Positions 8,006-16,324 of a stretch of 30,708 bases of DNA are shown here, piece by piece. The notes below the pieces were generated by a model that had not been told where the DNA came from, ran no database searches, and worked only from the letters and a program-made list of their open reading frames with translations. How positions within the stretch are numbered: the first letter of the stretch is position 1; each line of letters opens with the position of its first letter. The position numbers and the translations under genes were made by a program. Source of the DNA: a virus (taxonomy: Duplodnaviria; Caudoviricetes). The stretch is from positions 1 through 30,708 of IMG/VR virus record IMGVR_UViG_3300005611_000140, one strand, 5' to 3'.

Positions 8006-8108
8006 TAATTTATTCTTAATCGGCCTTTATTTGGTAGTTATTGGCGCGCCTTTCATCGTGATAGGCGCTTTCCTGGAATGGTATTTTGAAAAGAGGGATA
8101 AACAATGA
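7998..8108 (+). CDS. 36 aa single-pass membrane peptide (not in ORF track)
   Basis: GGAG RBS; MLDNLFLIGLYLVVIGAPFIVIGAFLEWYFEKRDKQ. Confidence 0.6.
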   Translation: MLDNLFLIGLYLVVIGAPFIVIGAFLEWYFEKRDKQ

Positions 8109-8248
8109 CGCAATACTACGTTTATAACGCGAAAACGCGCGAAGTGTACGCGGAAACCATACAACACAAAAAAGCACTACAAAAAAAGCGCGAACTAGAA
8201 AAGCGCGGAATAAGCGCGGAAATTTCCTATTTCTGCTTTCAACATTAA
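8105..8248 (+). CDS. 47 aa basic hypothetical protein (not in ORF track)
   Basis: Same AAAGAGGGATAAACAATG leader; MTQYYVYNAKTREVYAETIQHKKALQKKRELEKRGISAEISYFCFQH. Confidence 0.65.
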   Translation: MTQYYVYNAKTREVYAETIQHKKALQKKRELEKRGISAEISYFCFQH

Positions 8249-8261
8249 AGAGGGATAAAAA

Positions 8262-8453
8262 ATGCAGCGATATTTGACACAATTCGAGCGCGTCAAAATA
8301 GGGGCGCTATTCAGTAAAAACGGAAACCGCTGGCGTAAACGTAGCACCAGAACAGCGGAAATTACCAGACCAGAACAGTATAGCGGGACCTGGTTTTATT
8401 TCTCGAAACGCGAGCCGGTCGAGATAACAACACTCGAAGCAATAGAGGATTGA
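8262..8453 (+). CDS. small hypothetical phage protein
   Basis: AAAGAGGGATAAAAAATG leader; F..VKIGALFSKNGN..RKRSTRTA...WFYF. Confidence 0.7.
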   Translation: MQRYLTQFERVKIGALFSKNGNRWRKRSTRTAEITRPEQYSGTWFYFSKREPVEITTLEAIED

Positions 8454-8457
8454 ACCA

Positions 8458-8823
8458 ATGAAAAAACGCGAATATATGCAAGCGCTAGAAAGCGCTTTTA
8501 TTGGTCCCACAATGGCACACAATGCGCTGCTTTCGTTATTGTGTCCTAGTCCGCTAATGGGTAAGCAGCATCTAGTATTACATGCTGTTTTCTTGCGTCG
8601 CATATACAAGCGCGACGCGCGCGCATTGTGCGCTGCATTCCTGGATAACTTGCACAATTTCATCGGAAAGCGCGACGCGGAAATGAAAAGCAGCGCTTTA
8701 GTATGCTTGCAAGATTCGCGCGCATGTTTCGAGCGCGGCCTTTATGATTATGGGATAACGCGCGCCTTGCGCGGTTTCTCGTATCTTGGTTTCGTACACT
8801 TAAACATTAGGGGCGCGCAATGA
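8458..8823 (+). CDS. hypothetical protein
   Basis: GAGGA RBS; 121 aa, predicted helical. Confidence 0.6.
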   Translation: MKKREYMQALESAFIGPTMAHNALLSLLCPSPLMGKQHLVLHAVFLRRIYKRDARALCAAFLDNLHNFIGKRDAEMKSSALVCLQDSRACFERGLYDYGITRALRGFSYLGFVHLNIRGAQ

Positions 8824-8927
8824 TAGATAATCTTGCGGCAATGCAATTACATGGCAGCAATGGATTAGCGGAAACATTGGCAACACTTGCAGCCTTTCTA
8901 ATAGTGCATTTAGTCGTCAACCGATAA
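8820..8927 (+). CDS. 35 aa hydrophobic peptide (not in ORF track)
   Basis: ATGA coupling; MIDNLAAMQLHGSNGLAETLATLAAFLIVHLVVNR. Confidence 0.5.
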   Translation: MIDNLAAMQLHGSNGLAETLATLAAFLIVHLVVNR

Positions 8928-8949
8928 CCAAGCCAAACCAAACCAAACC

Positions 8950-8976
8950 AGGCCGCAATAATGCGGCCTTTTTTTT
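8950..8976 (+). terminator. rho-independent terminator closing the island
   Basis: AGGCCGCA-ATAA-TGCGGCCT followed by a T tract; preceded by (CCAAA)n. Confidence 0.88.
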
Positions 8977-8990
8977 GCCTATCCTTTACT

Positions 8991-9145
8991 GATCAAAATT
9001 TGTACATCGTTGTATCTTTCTGTATATAGCGCAAATTTTATACAGCGTTGTATATCGCGGTATATAGCGCAAAATTTGTACATCGTTGTATATCGCGGTA
9101 TATAGCGCATTTTTTGTACAGCGTTATGTCCGCGCGTATACAACG
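8991..9145. repeat. four tandem 38 bp repeats, each containing a Fis-consensus-like 15-mer
   Basis: Units at 8994, 9032, 9070, 9108; consensus CAAAATTTGTACA(T/G)CGTTGTATATCGCGGTATATAGCG; same family as 7255-7445. Confidence 0.9.
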
Positions 9146-9200
9146 GGTCCTTTCGCGCCGCATGCCCGCGAGGATGTTCGAACCACCATCTTTTTCTAGC
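9143..9200 (+). other. putative cos region with cosQ-like GGGTCCT
   Basis: ACGGGTCCTTTC at 9143-9154 matches the lambda cosQ context and lies just upstream of terS; nick site not located. Confidence 0.6.
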
Positions 9201-9295
9201 GACAGAATTTCGGAAAGTTGGCATGGCGATTGCTACGCGCGAGGCAACTTTATTTACAGATTGTGTCTGCTTTCTTGACAGTGCATAATCCAGGG

Positions 9296-9706
9296 ATGGC
9301 AAATGCAGATTACGAAGAAGCCCGCGCGCGCAAAGTAGCGGCAGAAGCAGAAATTACTGAACTGGAACTGGCGAAAGTCCGTGGCGAATTAGTCGTGGCT
9401 GAAGATGTTGTTTCAGCCTGGTCAGATACACTTAGTAGCTTAAAAGCTAAAATGATATCAATCCCATCAAAGGCAGCGCCCATCGTTGCGGCTGAAGATG
9501 AGGCGGGGATATGCCAGAAAGTAATCGAAGACCTAGTTAGGGAAGCATTAGAAGAGTTGAGCAACTATGACCCGAAGATTAGTCCCACAAGCACACAAGG
9601 AACTTCAGAACCATCTGAAGAAAGCGTTTCAGGTGATGAAGCCGCCCCCGCGCCTAAGCGTAAGCGAGTGGGCAGACCTAAAAAGACGGCTGGACTCGCA
9701 AAGTAG
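9296..9706 (+). CDS. terS: terminase small subunit (Nu1-like, apparently lacking the N-terminal wHTH)
   Basis: YEEARARK..AEAEITELELAK.RGELV...IPSK...V.EALEELS; overlaps terL. Confidence 0.8.
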   Translation: MANADYEEARARKVAAEAEITELELAKVRGELVVAEDVVSAWSDTLSSLKAKMISIPSKAAPIVAAEDEAGICQKVIEDLVREALEELSNYDPKISPTSTQGTSEPSEESVSGDEAAPAPKRKRVGRPKKTAGLAK

Positions 9707-11438
9707 TGCGGAACCAGGTCGTTGGTACACTTCGCGCGCTGAGTATCAGCGTGGCATCATGGATGCTTGCTCCGATCCTGCTGTGCGGGAAGTGGTGGTC
9801 ATGGCTGGTGCGCAGCTTGGGAAAACGGAAGCGATTCTTAATATTATTGGCTACCACATGGATCACGATCCATGTCCTGTTCTGGTACTACAGCCTACGC
9901 TTGAGATGGCTCAGGCTTTTTCGAAGGATCGACTCGCATCCGGTCTTATTAAGGCTACGCCAGCCATTAGAGGAAAAGTCAAAGACCCTAGAGCGCGCGA
10001 TGCGAATAATACAACCCTACACAAAGTCTTCCCTGGCGGGGCTATCACAATCGTCGGAGCAAATAGTCCGGCGGGTCTTGCGTCGCGTCCGATCCGATTA
10101 GTTCTTTGCGATGAGGTTGATCGATACCCAACTTCAGCCGGATCAGAAGGTGATCCAATCCAGTTGGCGAGAAAGCGTAGTGCAACATTCTGGAATCGCA
10201 AAGTCATCATGGTCAGCACTCCGACAAACAAGGGTGACTCGCGCATCGAGCAAGCCTATGAGCAATCAGATATGCGCCAATATCACGTTCCATGCAAACA
10301 TTGTGCCAACAAGCAAGTTCTGAAGTGGGCAAACGTCATCTGGAAGGATGGCGACCCAGACTCAGCCGGTTACGCATGTGAGCATTGCGGATCAATCTGG
10401 TCTGACTCCGATCGTGCATACGCGATCGCTCATGGCGAATGGAAAGCGCAGAAAGAGTTCAACGGGATAGCCGGATTTGCGATCAATGGGTTGTACTCAC
10501 CTTGGACACCATTGTCGGATGGAGTCAGAGACTTCTTGAGCGTCAGAAAGAATCCGCAGCAGCTTCGCGTATGGACGAACACTTATCTTGGCGAAACATG
10601 GGAAGACGAAGGCGAGACAGTTGACGAATATCTATTGTTCGACCGGCGAGAGAGCTTTGACGGGAAAGTGCCTGAAGAAGTCGGAATCATCACCTGTGGC
10701 GTTGACGTTCAGGATGATCGATTGGAACTGAGCGTGATCGGATGGTCTACGGACGATGAGAGTTACGTCTTAGATCATCGAATCCTGTATGGCGATCCAT
10801 CAACTCCACATCTGTGGAACAATTTAGCATCAGTTCTGTTCAGCGGATATGAGTGCCACGATGGTCGAGAGTTACCGATCAGGGCAACGTGCGTTGACTC
10901 TGGCGGTCACCACACGCAAGCCGTTTACAACTTCTGTAAGAAACATGCTGCACATCGCGTTTTTGCGATAAAGGGTATCGGCGGAGAGATTGGATCAAAG
11001 CCGATTGCCGGTCGCCCCAGTAAAAACAACTCGGGCAAGTGTCCGTTATTCCCGATTGGCGTTGATACAGCTAAGGATTTATTGTTCAGCCGGTTCCGTA
11101 TCTCAGAGGAGGGACCAGGGTATATTCACTTCTCAGATCACCTTCCTGACGAATATTTTAGGCAGCTAACAGCAGAAAAGATTGTTACTCGCTTTCATAA
11201 GGGGTATAGCAAGCGAACTTTTGTTAAGATACGACCCAGAAACGAAGGTTTAGACTGTATGGTTTACGCATTATCCGCGTACAATATATTAGGCGTGAAT
11301 GTCAACGCAATTATCGCTAAAATAGAGGAGAGTAAACATTCAGTTCAGGAAGAGGCATATCAACCTGAGCCGATTACTCGCATACAGAGGCCAGGCAGAG
11401 GTGGTCGCCCAGGTGGGTTCGTAAATAGTTGGAGATAG
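9567..11438 (+). CDS. terL: terminase large subunit, lambda gpA family
   Basis: SEWAD, Walker A AQLGKTE, Walker B VLCDEVD, STPT, GVDVQ, DSGG, RNEGLDC. Confidence 0.97.
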   Translation: MTRRLVPQAHKELQNHLKKAFQVMKPPPRLSVSEWADLKRRLDSQSSAEPGRWYTSRAEYQRGIMDACSDPAVREVVVMAGAQLGKTEAILNIIGYHMDHDPCPVLVLQPTLEMAQAFSKDRLASGLIKATPAIRGKVKDPRARDANNTTLHKVFPGGAITIVGANSPAGLASRPIRLVLCDEVDRYPTSAGSEGDPIQLARKRSATFWNRKVIMVSTPTNKGDSRIEQAYEQSDMRQYHVPCKHCANKQVLKWANVIWKDGDPDSAGYACEHCGSIWSDSDRAYAIAHGEWKAQKEFNGIAGFAINGLYSPWTPLSDGVRDFLSVRKNPQQLRVWTNTYLGETWEDEGETVDEYLLFDRRESFDGKVPEEVGIITCGVDVQDDRLELSVIGWSTDDESYVLDHRILYGDPSTPHLWNNLASVLFSGYECHDGRELPIRATCVDSGGHHTQAVYNFCKKHAAHRVFAIKGIGGEIGSKPIAGRPSKNNSGKCPLFPIGVDTAKDLLFSRFRISEEGPGYIHFSDHLPDEYFRQLTAEKIVTRFHKGYSKRTFVKIRPRNEGLDCMVYALSAYNILGVNVNAIIAKIEESKHSVQEEAYQPEPITRIQRPGRGGRPGGFVNSWR

Positions 11439-11441
11439 CGA

Positions 11442-12035
11442 ATGGCTAATGCTTTTGATGCCGCAACCGCACCGGAAGGCGAACCATCCGAGATTGTTGT
11501 TGGTGACTTCATTCAATGGAAGCGATCTGATCTGGTCGCAGATTATCCACCAGCAGACTACACAGCAACATATGTCGCCCGAATCACTGGCGGTGGAAAC
11601 ACAGAGATTCAGGTTACTGCGACAAACTACAACTCAGGTGAAGCATACCTAATCACAGTTGATTCTGAGACATCAGCAGATTTCGTTGCCGGTTACTATC
11701 ATTGGCAGCTTGAGATCGTTCGTAACTCAGACAGCAATCGCATTGTTGTCGATCGTGGTGCTTTTACTGCTATCGTTGATCTTGATGTTGGCGGATCCGA
11801 TCCGCGCACACACGATGAGAAGATGCTGACTAAGATTCAGTCAATCCTTGAAGGTCGTGCTGATGGCGATGTTGAGAGTTATTCAATTCAAGGGCGTTCA
11901 CTGACCAAGATACCTATCAAGGATTTGATGGAGTGGGAGCGTCATTATCGTCAGCGTGTTGAGCGTTATAAGAAGAAAGAAGACATTAAGTTGGGGCGTA
12001 AGACAGATAGCACAATCAAGGTGAGGTTTACCTAA
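11442..12035 (+). CDS. head completion protein, gpW-like with N-terminal extension
   Basis: Between terL and portal; C-terminal SYSIQGRSLTK...IKVRF. Confidence 0.75.
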   Translation: MANAFDAATAPEGEPSEIVVGDFIQWKRSDLVADYPPADYTATYVARITGGGNTEIQVTATNYNSGEAYLITVDSETSADFVAGYYHWQLEIVRNSDSNRIVVDRGAFTAIVDLDVGGSDPRTHDEKMLTKIQSILEGRADGDVESYSIQGRSLTKIPIKDLMEWERHYRQRVERYKKKEDIKLGRKTDSTIKVRFT

Positions 12036-13510
12036 TGGGCATGTTAGATTTTTTCCGTAAGCCGAAGCTAGTGAAGAAACGTCGTTATGATGCCGCTGCT
12101 GTTGGTCGTTTATTCTCTGACTTTAAGCCATTCCAAAAGTCAGCCGATGCAAACATTCGCCATGACTTGCTTACGATTAGAAATCGTGCGCGCGATCTGT
12201 CACGAAACAATGAATACGCCAAGCGTTATCTTCGGTTACTTCGCCAGAATGTTGTTGGCGAGCGCGGAGCAACGCTACAGGTTAAAGCACTAGGCATGGA
12301 TAATCGTCTTGACGTCGCCGGTAATGACATCATCGAGACAGCATTCCGTGATTGGTCGCGCAGAGAGAACTGCACTGTGACTGGCACGATGACCTTTATT
12401 GATTGCCAGAACTTGTTTATCGAGTCGCTCGCCAGAGATGGCGAAGTGCTGATACGCAAAGTTCGTGCCAAGAATGATCATGGCTTTGCTATTCAGTTCT
12501 TAGAGCCTGATCATCTTGACGAGAAGAAGAACGAGCGCCTATCAAATGGCAACTTCATCCGTATGGGTGTCGAGATGGATAAGTTCCGTCGTCCGGTAGC
12601 CTATCATTTGCTGACTGAGCATCCTGGCGACATTGAATACGCATCTGCTGTTCGTCGCACTGAGCGCGTACCGGCTGACAATATTATCCACATCTATGAT
12701 CCAGATCGTGCCGAGCAGACGCGCGGAGTACCTTGGTTATCGACAGCGTTGTCTGCGATGAAGATGCTTCATGGTTACCGTGAGGCTGAGTTGGTTGCAG
12801 CACGAACCGCTGCGTCAAAGATGGGATTCTTCACCTCACCGACTGGCGATGGATTTACTGCTGATGATCTGGAAGACGCCGTTGTCCCGATTATGGAAGC
12901 GGAGCCAGGCACATTCCATCAGCTTCCTCAAGGGGTTCGGTTTGAGCAATGGGACCCTGCACACCCAACGACTGCGTTTGGCGACTTTGAGAAGTCAGTG
13001 TTGCGCGGTATCGCTGCCGGTCTTGGGGTTTCTTATCACTCATTGGCGAACGACCTGACTCAGACTTCATATTCTTCGATCCGTCAAGGTGCGATCGAGG
13101 ATCGTGAGTTCTACAAGCAATTACAACGACTGATGATCGACCATTTCATTATGCCGATCTATGCTGAGTGGCTAAACTCTGCAATGACCTACGGAAGTGT
13201 GGTTATCCCATTGCGTCGTTACGACAAGTTCTTTAATGCATCTATGTTCCAACCACGCGGATTTAGTTGGATTGATCCGCTGAAGGAAATCAACGCACAT
13301 GTGATCGCGCTACAGAACGGACTTATCTCGATGCAGGATGTGCAGAACAACTACGGTCGTGATGTCGATGAGACGTTCGCTCAGATTGCGCGTGACAAGC
13401 AACTCGCAGAGCAGTACGGATTGAAGATCGCCTTTGAGCCATTTGGCGCAAGTACCAACGCAGTCGATCCAGACATAACCGGAGGTGACGATGAGTTACA
13501 AACCGACTGA
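12035..13510 (+). CDS. portal protein, lambda family
   Basis: RARDLSRNN, DGEV, QTRGVP, SYSSIRQG, WIDPLKE. Confidence 0.95.
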   Translation: MGMLDFFRKPKLVKKRRYDAAAVGRLFSDFKPFQKSADANIRHDLLTIRNRARDLSRNNEYAKRYLRLLRQNVVGERGATLQVKALGMDNRLDVAGNDIIETAFRDWSRRENCTVTGTMTFIDCQNLFIESLARDGEVLIRKVRAKNDHGFAIQFLEPDHLDEKKNERLSNGNFIRMGVEMDKFRRPVAYHLLTEHPGDIEYASAVRRTERVPADNIIHIYDPDRAEQTRGVPWLSTALSAMKMLHGYREAELVAARTAASKMGFFTSPTGDGFTADDLEDAVVPIMEAEPGTFHQLPQGVRFEQWDPAHPTTAFGDFEKSVLRGIAAGLGVSYHSLANDLTQTSYSSIRQGAIEDREFYKQLQRLMIDHFIMPIYAEWLNSAMTYGSVVIPLRRYDKFFNASMFQPRGFSWIDPLKEINAHVIALQNGLISMQDVQNNYGRDVDETFAQIARDKQLAEQYGLKIAFEPFGASTNAVDPDITGGDDELQTD

Positions 13511-16292
13511 AGGCATGGTCGAAGAGGCCAAGCGTGGTCTGGAGTGGCGTAGAGAATTTGGTCGCGGCGGAACTGAGGTTGGCATTGCTCGCGCTAGGGA
13601 CATTTCTAATGGTAAGAATCTTAGTGCTGAAACAGTAAAACGTATGTTTTCGTTTTTCAGTCGGCACGAAGTGGACAAGAAAGCGGAGGGCTTTCGCCCA
13701 GGTGAAGAAGGTTATCCATCAAATGGTAGGATTGCTTGGGCTTTGTGGGGCGGCGACGCAGGGTTTTCTTGGTCGAAGAAAGTCTCGAAGAGTCTTGATC
13801 GAGCAACAGAAATATCTGATTCAGTGCAGAAAAACTTACGGAAACAAGCGGAAGAACATAATGAGGAAGTCGGTAACGCCAAAACAAAGCGCACAACTTA
13901 CGGGACTTTGGCTGCTGTATTTAGGCGTGGCGTCGGGGCTTATTACACTAATCCTGAATCTGTTCGACCTACTGTAAGTTCACCTGAGCAGTGGGCTTAC
14001 GCCAGAGTAAAATCATTCCGTTATGTTCTTCGCAACGGAAAGTTTCGTAGCGGAAAGCATGACACTGATCTGCTTCCGTCGGGTCATCCAATGTCCAGTA
14101 AGGAAAGAGCTATGGAAGAGATGCGCCCGTATCCAAACGAGCATGCGGCTAGATTGCGTGACCCTGGCAAATATGATGAGTTCAGGCGTGAGAATGACGC
14201 AGGAGGCGATGGCATAGACTTTATTTATGGCATCTTTGTCCAAGACGAAGAACGTAAATCAGAGCTTCAGGCTATCCGATTCGACAAGGATCAGTATACA
14301 ATGGAGCAAGCAAAGGCATGGTTGGATCAGAATAACTTTGATCCTATTGAACTTGAAGAGGCAACAGGTGAGCGTATGGAAAAACGTCACATTGTAGAAA
14401 TCGAAGACGAAGGTGATGTGATTGTAATCAAGTTCGCCAAGCCGTCTGAGATGGTTGAAGAGATTGAGTCTGAAGAATCTGAGATGGGTATGGAGATGGT
14501 CGAAGAGCGTCTTTCCAAGTCAGAGAACTTCACGACTCGCGCAGAACACATGGAGCCAGAAGAAGTTGATGATCGCCGTGTCCGCATGTCGATTTCGTCA
14601 GAGACTTCAGTTGAACGCTCTTTTGGCGATGAAGTATTGGACCACGGTGAAGGATCGATTGACTTATCATTCCTTCAGTCTGGTCGAGCGCCACTGCTCA
14701 TGGATCACGATCCAGAGCGTCAGATTGGCGTAGTAGAATCTGTGGAACTTGATGGCTCGGCGCGGCGACTCCGCGCGACAGTGCGTTTTAGCAAGAATGC
14801 ACTTGCCAATGAGGTCTATACAGATGTTGTAGATGGTATCCGTGGCAATGTGTCCATTGGCTACCGGATCGACAAAATGGTTCGTGATGAGGATAGTCCA
14901 TCGGTCTATCGCGCAACCTCATGGCGGCCAATGGAAGTTTCTATTGTTTCCCTTCCTGCTGACCCGACAGTTGGTGTGGGCCGGAGCATTGAACCGTCCG
15001 AAGAACCCGAAGTTGAAACAGTTCCCAAAGTGGAGGTAACTACTATGGAACAGCAAAACGAACAGGTCCGCGATGACAATGTTGCGGCCTATAAAGAAGT
15101 TAGCGAAATCTTAGATATCGCTGCAAAGCACAACCAACGTGCATTGGCTGACGAGTGTATCCGTAAGGGTATGAACCTCGCTCAGTTCCGTGGCATGTTG
15201 CTTGATAAGTTGGCAGACAAGCCATTAGAACTCAACGACGTTGATATGACACCTAAAGAAGAGCGTAAGTATTCTTTGATGCGCGCTATTCGCGGTGTTG
15301 CAACTGGCAAGTTCGACGGCTTAGAGCGTGAAGTTTCAGAAGAGCTTGCTCGCGTTCACGGCAAAGACGCGCGTGGTTTCTATGTGCCACACAGCATCTT
15401 CAAGCGTGACATCTTGACTTCATCTCCTGCAAACGGATCAAACCTTGTCCCAACAGACCACTTGGCTGATGAGTTCATCGATGCGCTTCGTGCGAATCTG
15501 GTTATCTCACAACTCGGTGCGCGGATGATGTCTGGCCTGAAGGGTGACGTTGCAATCCCTGCATTGAATGCAAAGACTTCTGTCGCATTCGTTGCTGAGA
15601 ACAACGCTCCATCTGAAGGTGCGCCAACATTCCGCCAGGTCACAATGTCACCAAAGACTTGCGTATCTTATGTAGATATTTCTCGCAAGTTGATGATGCA
15701 GAGCGACCCATCTGTTGAGCAAATCTTGCGTCAGGACATGACTCAGCAATTCGCATCTAAGATCGACGACGTTGCGATCGAAGGCGGCGGATCAAATGAG
15801 CCAACAGGTATCCTCGGTACTAACGGCATCGGTTCTGTTGCTCAAGGTACTAACGGTGGTGCGATCACTTACGCTTCTCTGGTTGATCTGGAGCGCGAAG
15901 TTGCAATCGACAACGCCTTAGCAGGAAACCTTGCTTACCTGACTAACCCGAAAGTTGTCGCAGCAATGCGTCAAACAGCGCGCCAGGCTTCAGGCGTTGA
16001 AGGTAACTTCATCCTGAACGACAGCAACACCGTCCTTGGTTACAACGTGGCATCAACTACTTTGGTTCCATCTGACCTGACTAAAGGTACGTCTTCTGGC
16101 GTATGTTCAGCGGTTATCTTCGGTAACTTCGCTGACTTGATGATCGGCATGTTCGGTGGATTGGACATCCTTGTTGATCCTTACACTGGCTCTTCAACTG
16201 GTGCTACTCGGATCGCAATGTACCAAGACATCGACGTAGCGGTACGTCACGCGGAATCTTTCGCGGCGATTCAGGACGTTACTACGGCCTGA
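13491..16292 (+). CDS. polyprotein: three accessory domains + HK97-type prohead protease + major capsid protein
   Basis: GGAGG RBS before ATG 13491; protease motifs PLLMDH, VSIGY, EVSIVSLPAD; capsid motifs VAE, EPTGI, FGNF, VDPY, AVRHAESF. Confidence 0.92.
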   Translation: MSYKPTEGMVEEAKRGLEWRREFGRGGTEVGIARARDISNGKNLSAETVKRMFSFFSRHEVDKKAEGFRPGEEGYPSNGRIAWALWGGDAGFSWSKKVSKSLDRATEISDSVQKNLRKQAEEHNEEVGNAKTKRTTYGTLAAVFRRGVGAYYTNPESVRPTVSSPEQWAYARVKSFRYVLRNGKFRSGKHDTDLLPSGHPMSSKERAMEEMRPYPNEHAARLRDPGKYDEFRRENDAGGDGIDFIYGIFVQDEERKSELQAIRFDKDQYTMEQAKAWLDQNNFDPIELEEATGERMEKRHIVEIEDEGDVIVIKFAKPSEMVEEIESEESEMGMEMVEERLSKSENFTTRAEHMEPEEVDDRRVRMSISSETSVERSFGDEVLDHGEGSIDLSFLQSGRAPLLMDHDPERQIGVVESVELDGSARRLRATVRFSKNALANEVYTDVVDGIRGNVSIGYRIDKMVRDEDSPSVYRATSWRPMEVSIVSLPADPTVGVGRSIEPSEEPEVETVPKVEVTTMEQQNEQVRDDNVAAYKEVSEILDIAAKHNQRALADECIRKGMNLAQFRGMLLDKLADKPLELNDVDMTPKEERKYSLMRAIRGVATGKFDGLEREVSEELARVHGKDARGFYVPHSIFKRDILTSSPANGSNLVPTDHLADEFIDALRANLVISQLGARMMSGLKGDVAIPALNAKTSVAFVAENNAPSEGAPTFRQVTMSPKTCVSYVDISRKLMMQSDPSVEQILRQDMTQQFASKIDDVAIEGGGSNEPTGILGTNGIGSVAQGTNGGAITYASLVDLEREVAIDNALAGNLAYLTNPKVVAAMRQTARQASGVEGNFILNDSNTVLGYNVASTTLVPSDLTKGTSSGVCSAVIFGNFADLMIGMFGGLDILVDPYTGSSTGATRIAMYQDIDVAVRHAESFAAIQDVTTA

Positions 16293-16300
16293 TAAGAAGG

Positions 16301-16324
16301 AGGGGGCTTCGGCCCCCTTTTTTT
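16301..16324 (+). terminator. rho-independent terminator after the capsid gene
   Basis: AGGGGGC-TTCG-GCCCCCT followed by a T tract. Confidence 0.9.

Noticed and set aside
9020-9045. CTGTATA...TATACAG as a LexA box
   Set aside because: Spacing is much longer than CTGT-N8-ACAG
8979-9302. ORFs on both strands over the 38 bp repeats and cos region
   Set aside because: Repetitive translation products with no RBS; region is better explained as a cis element
9655-9690. AT-hook-like KRKRVGRPKK at the TerS C-terminus
   Set aside because: It is the alternative-frame reading of the conserved TerL SEWAD motif, so it cannot be taken as independent evidence of function
9706-10323. Alternative-frame ORFs inside terL
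   Set aside because: No RBS or recognisable motifs; typical shadow ORFs
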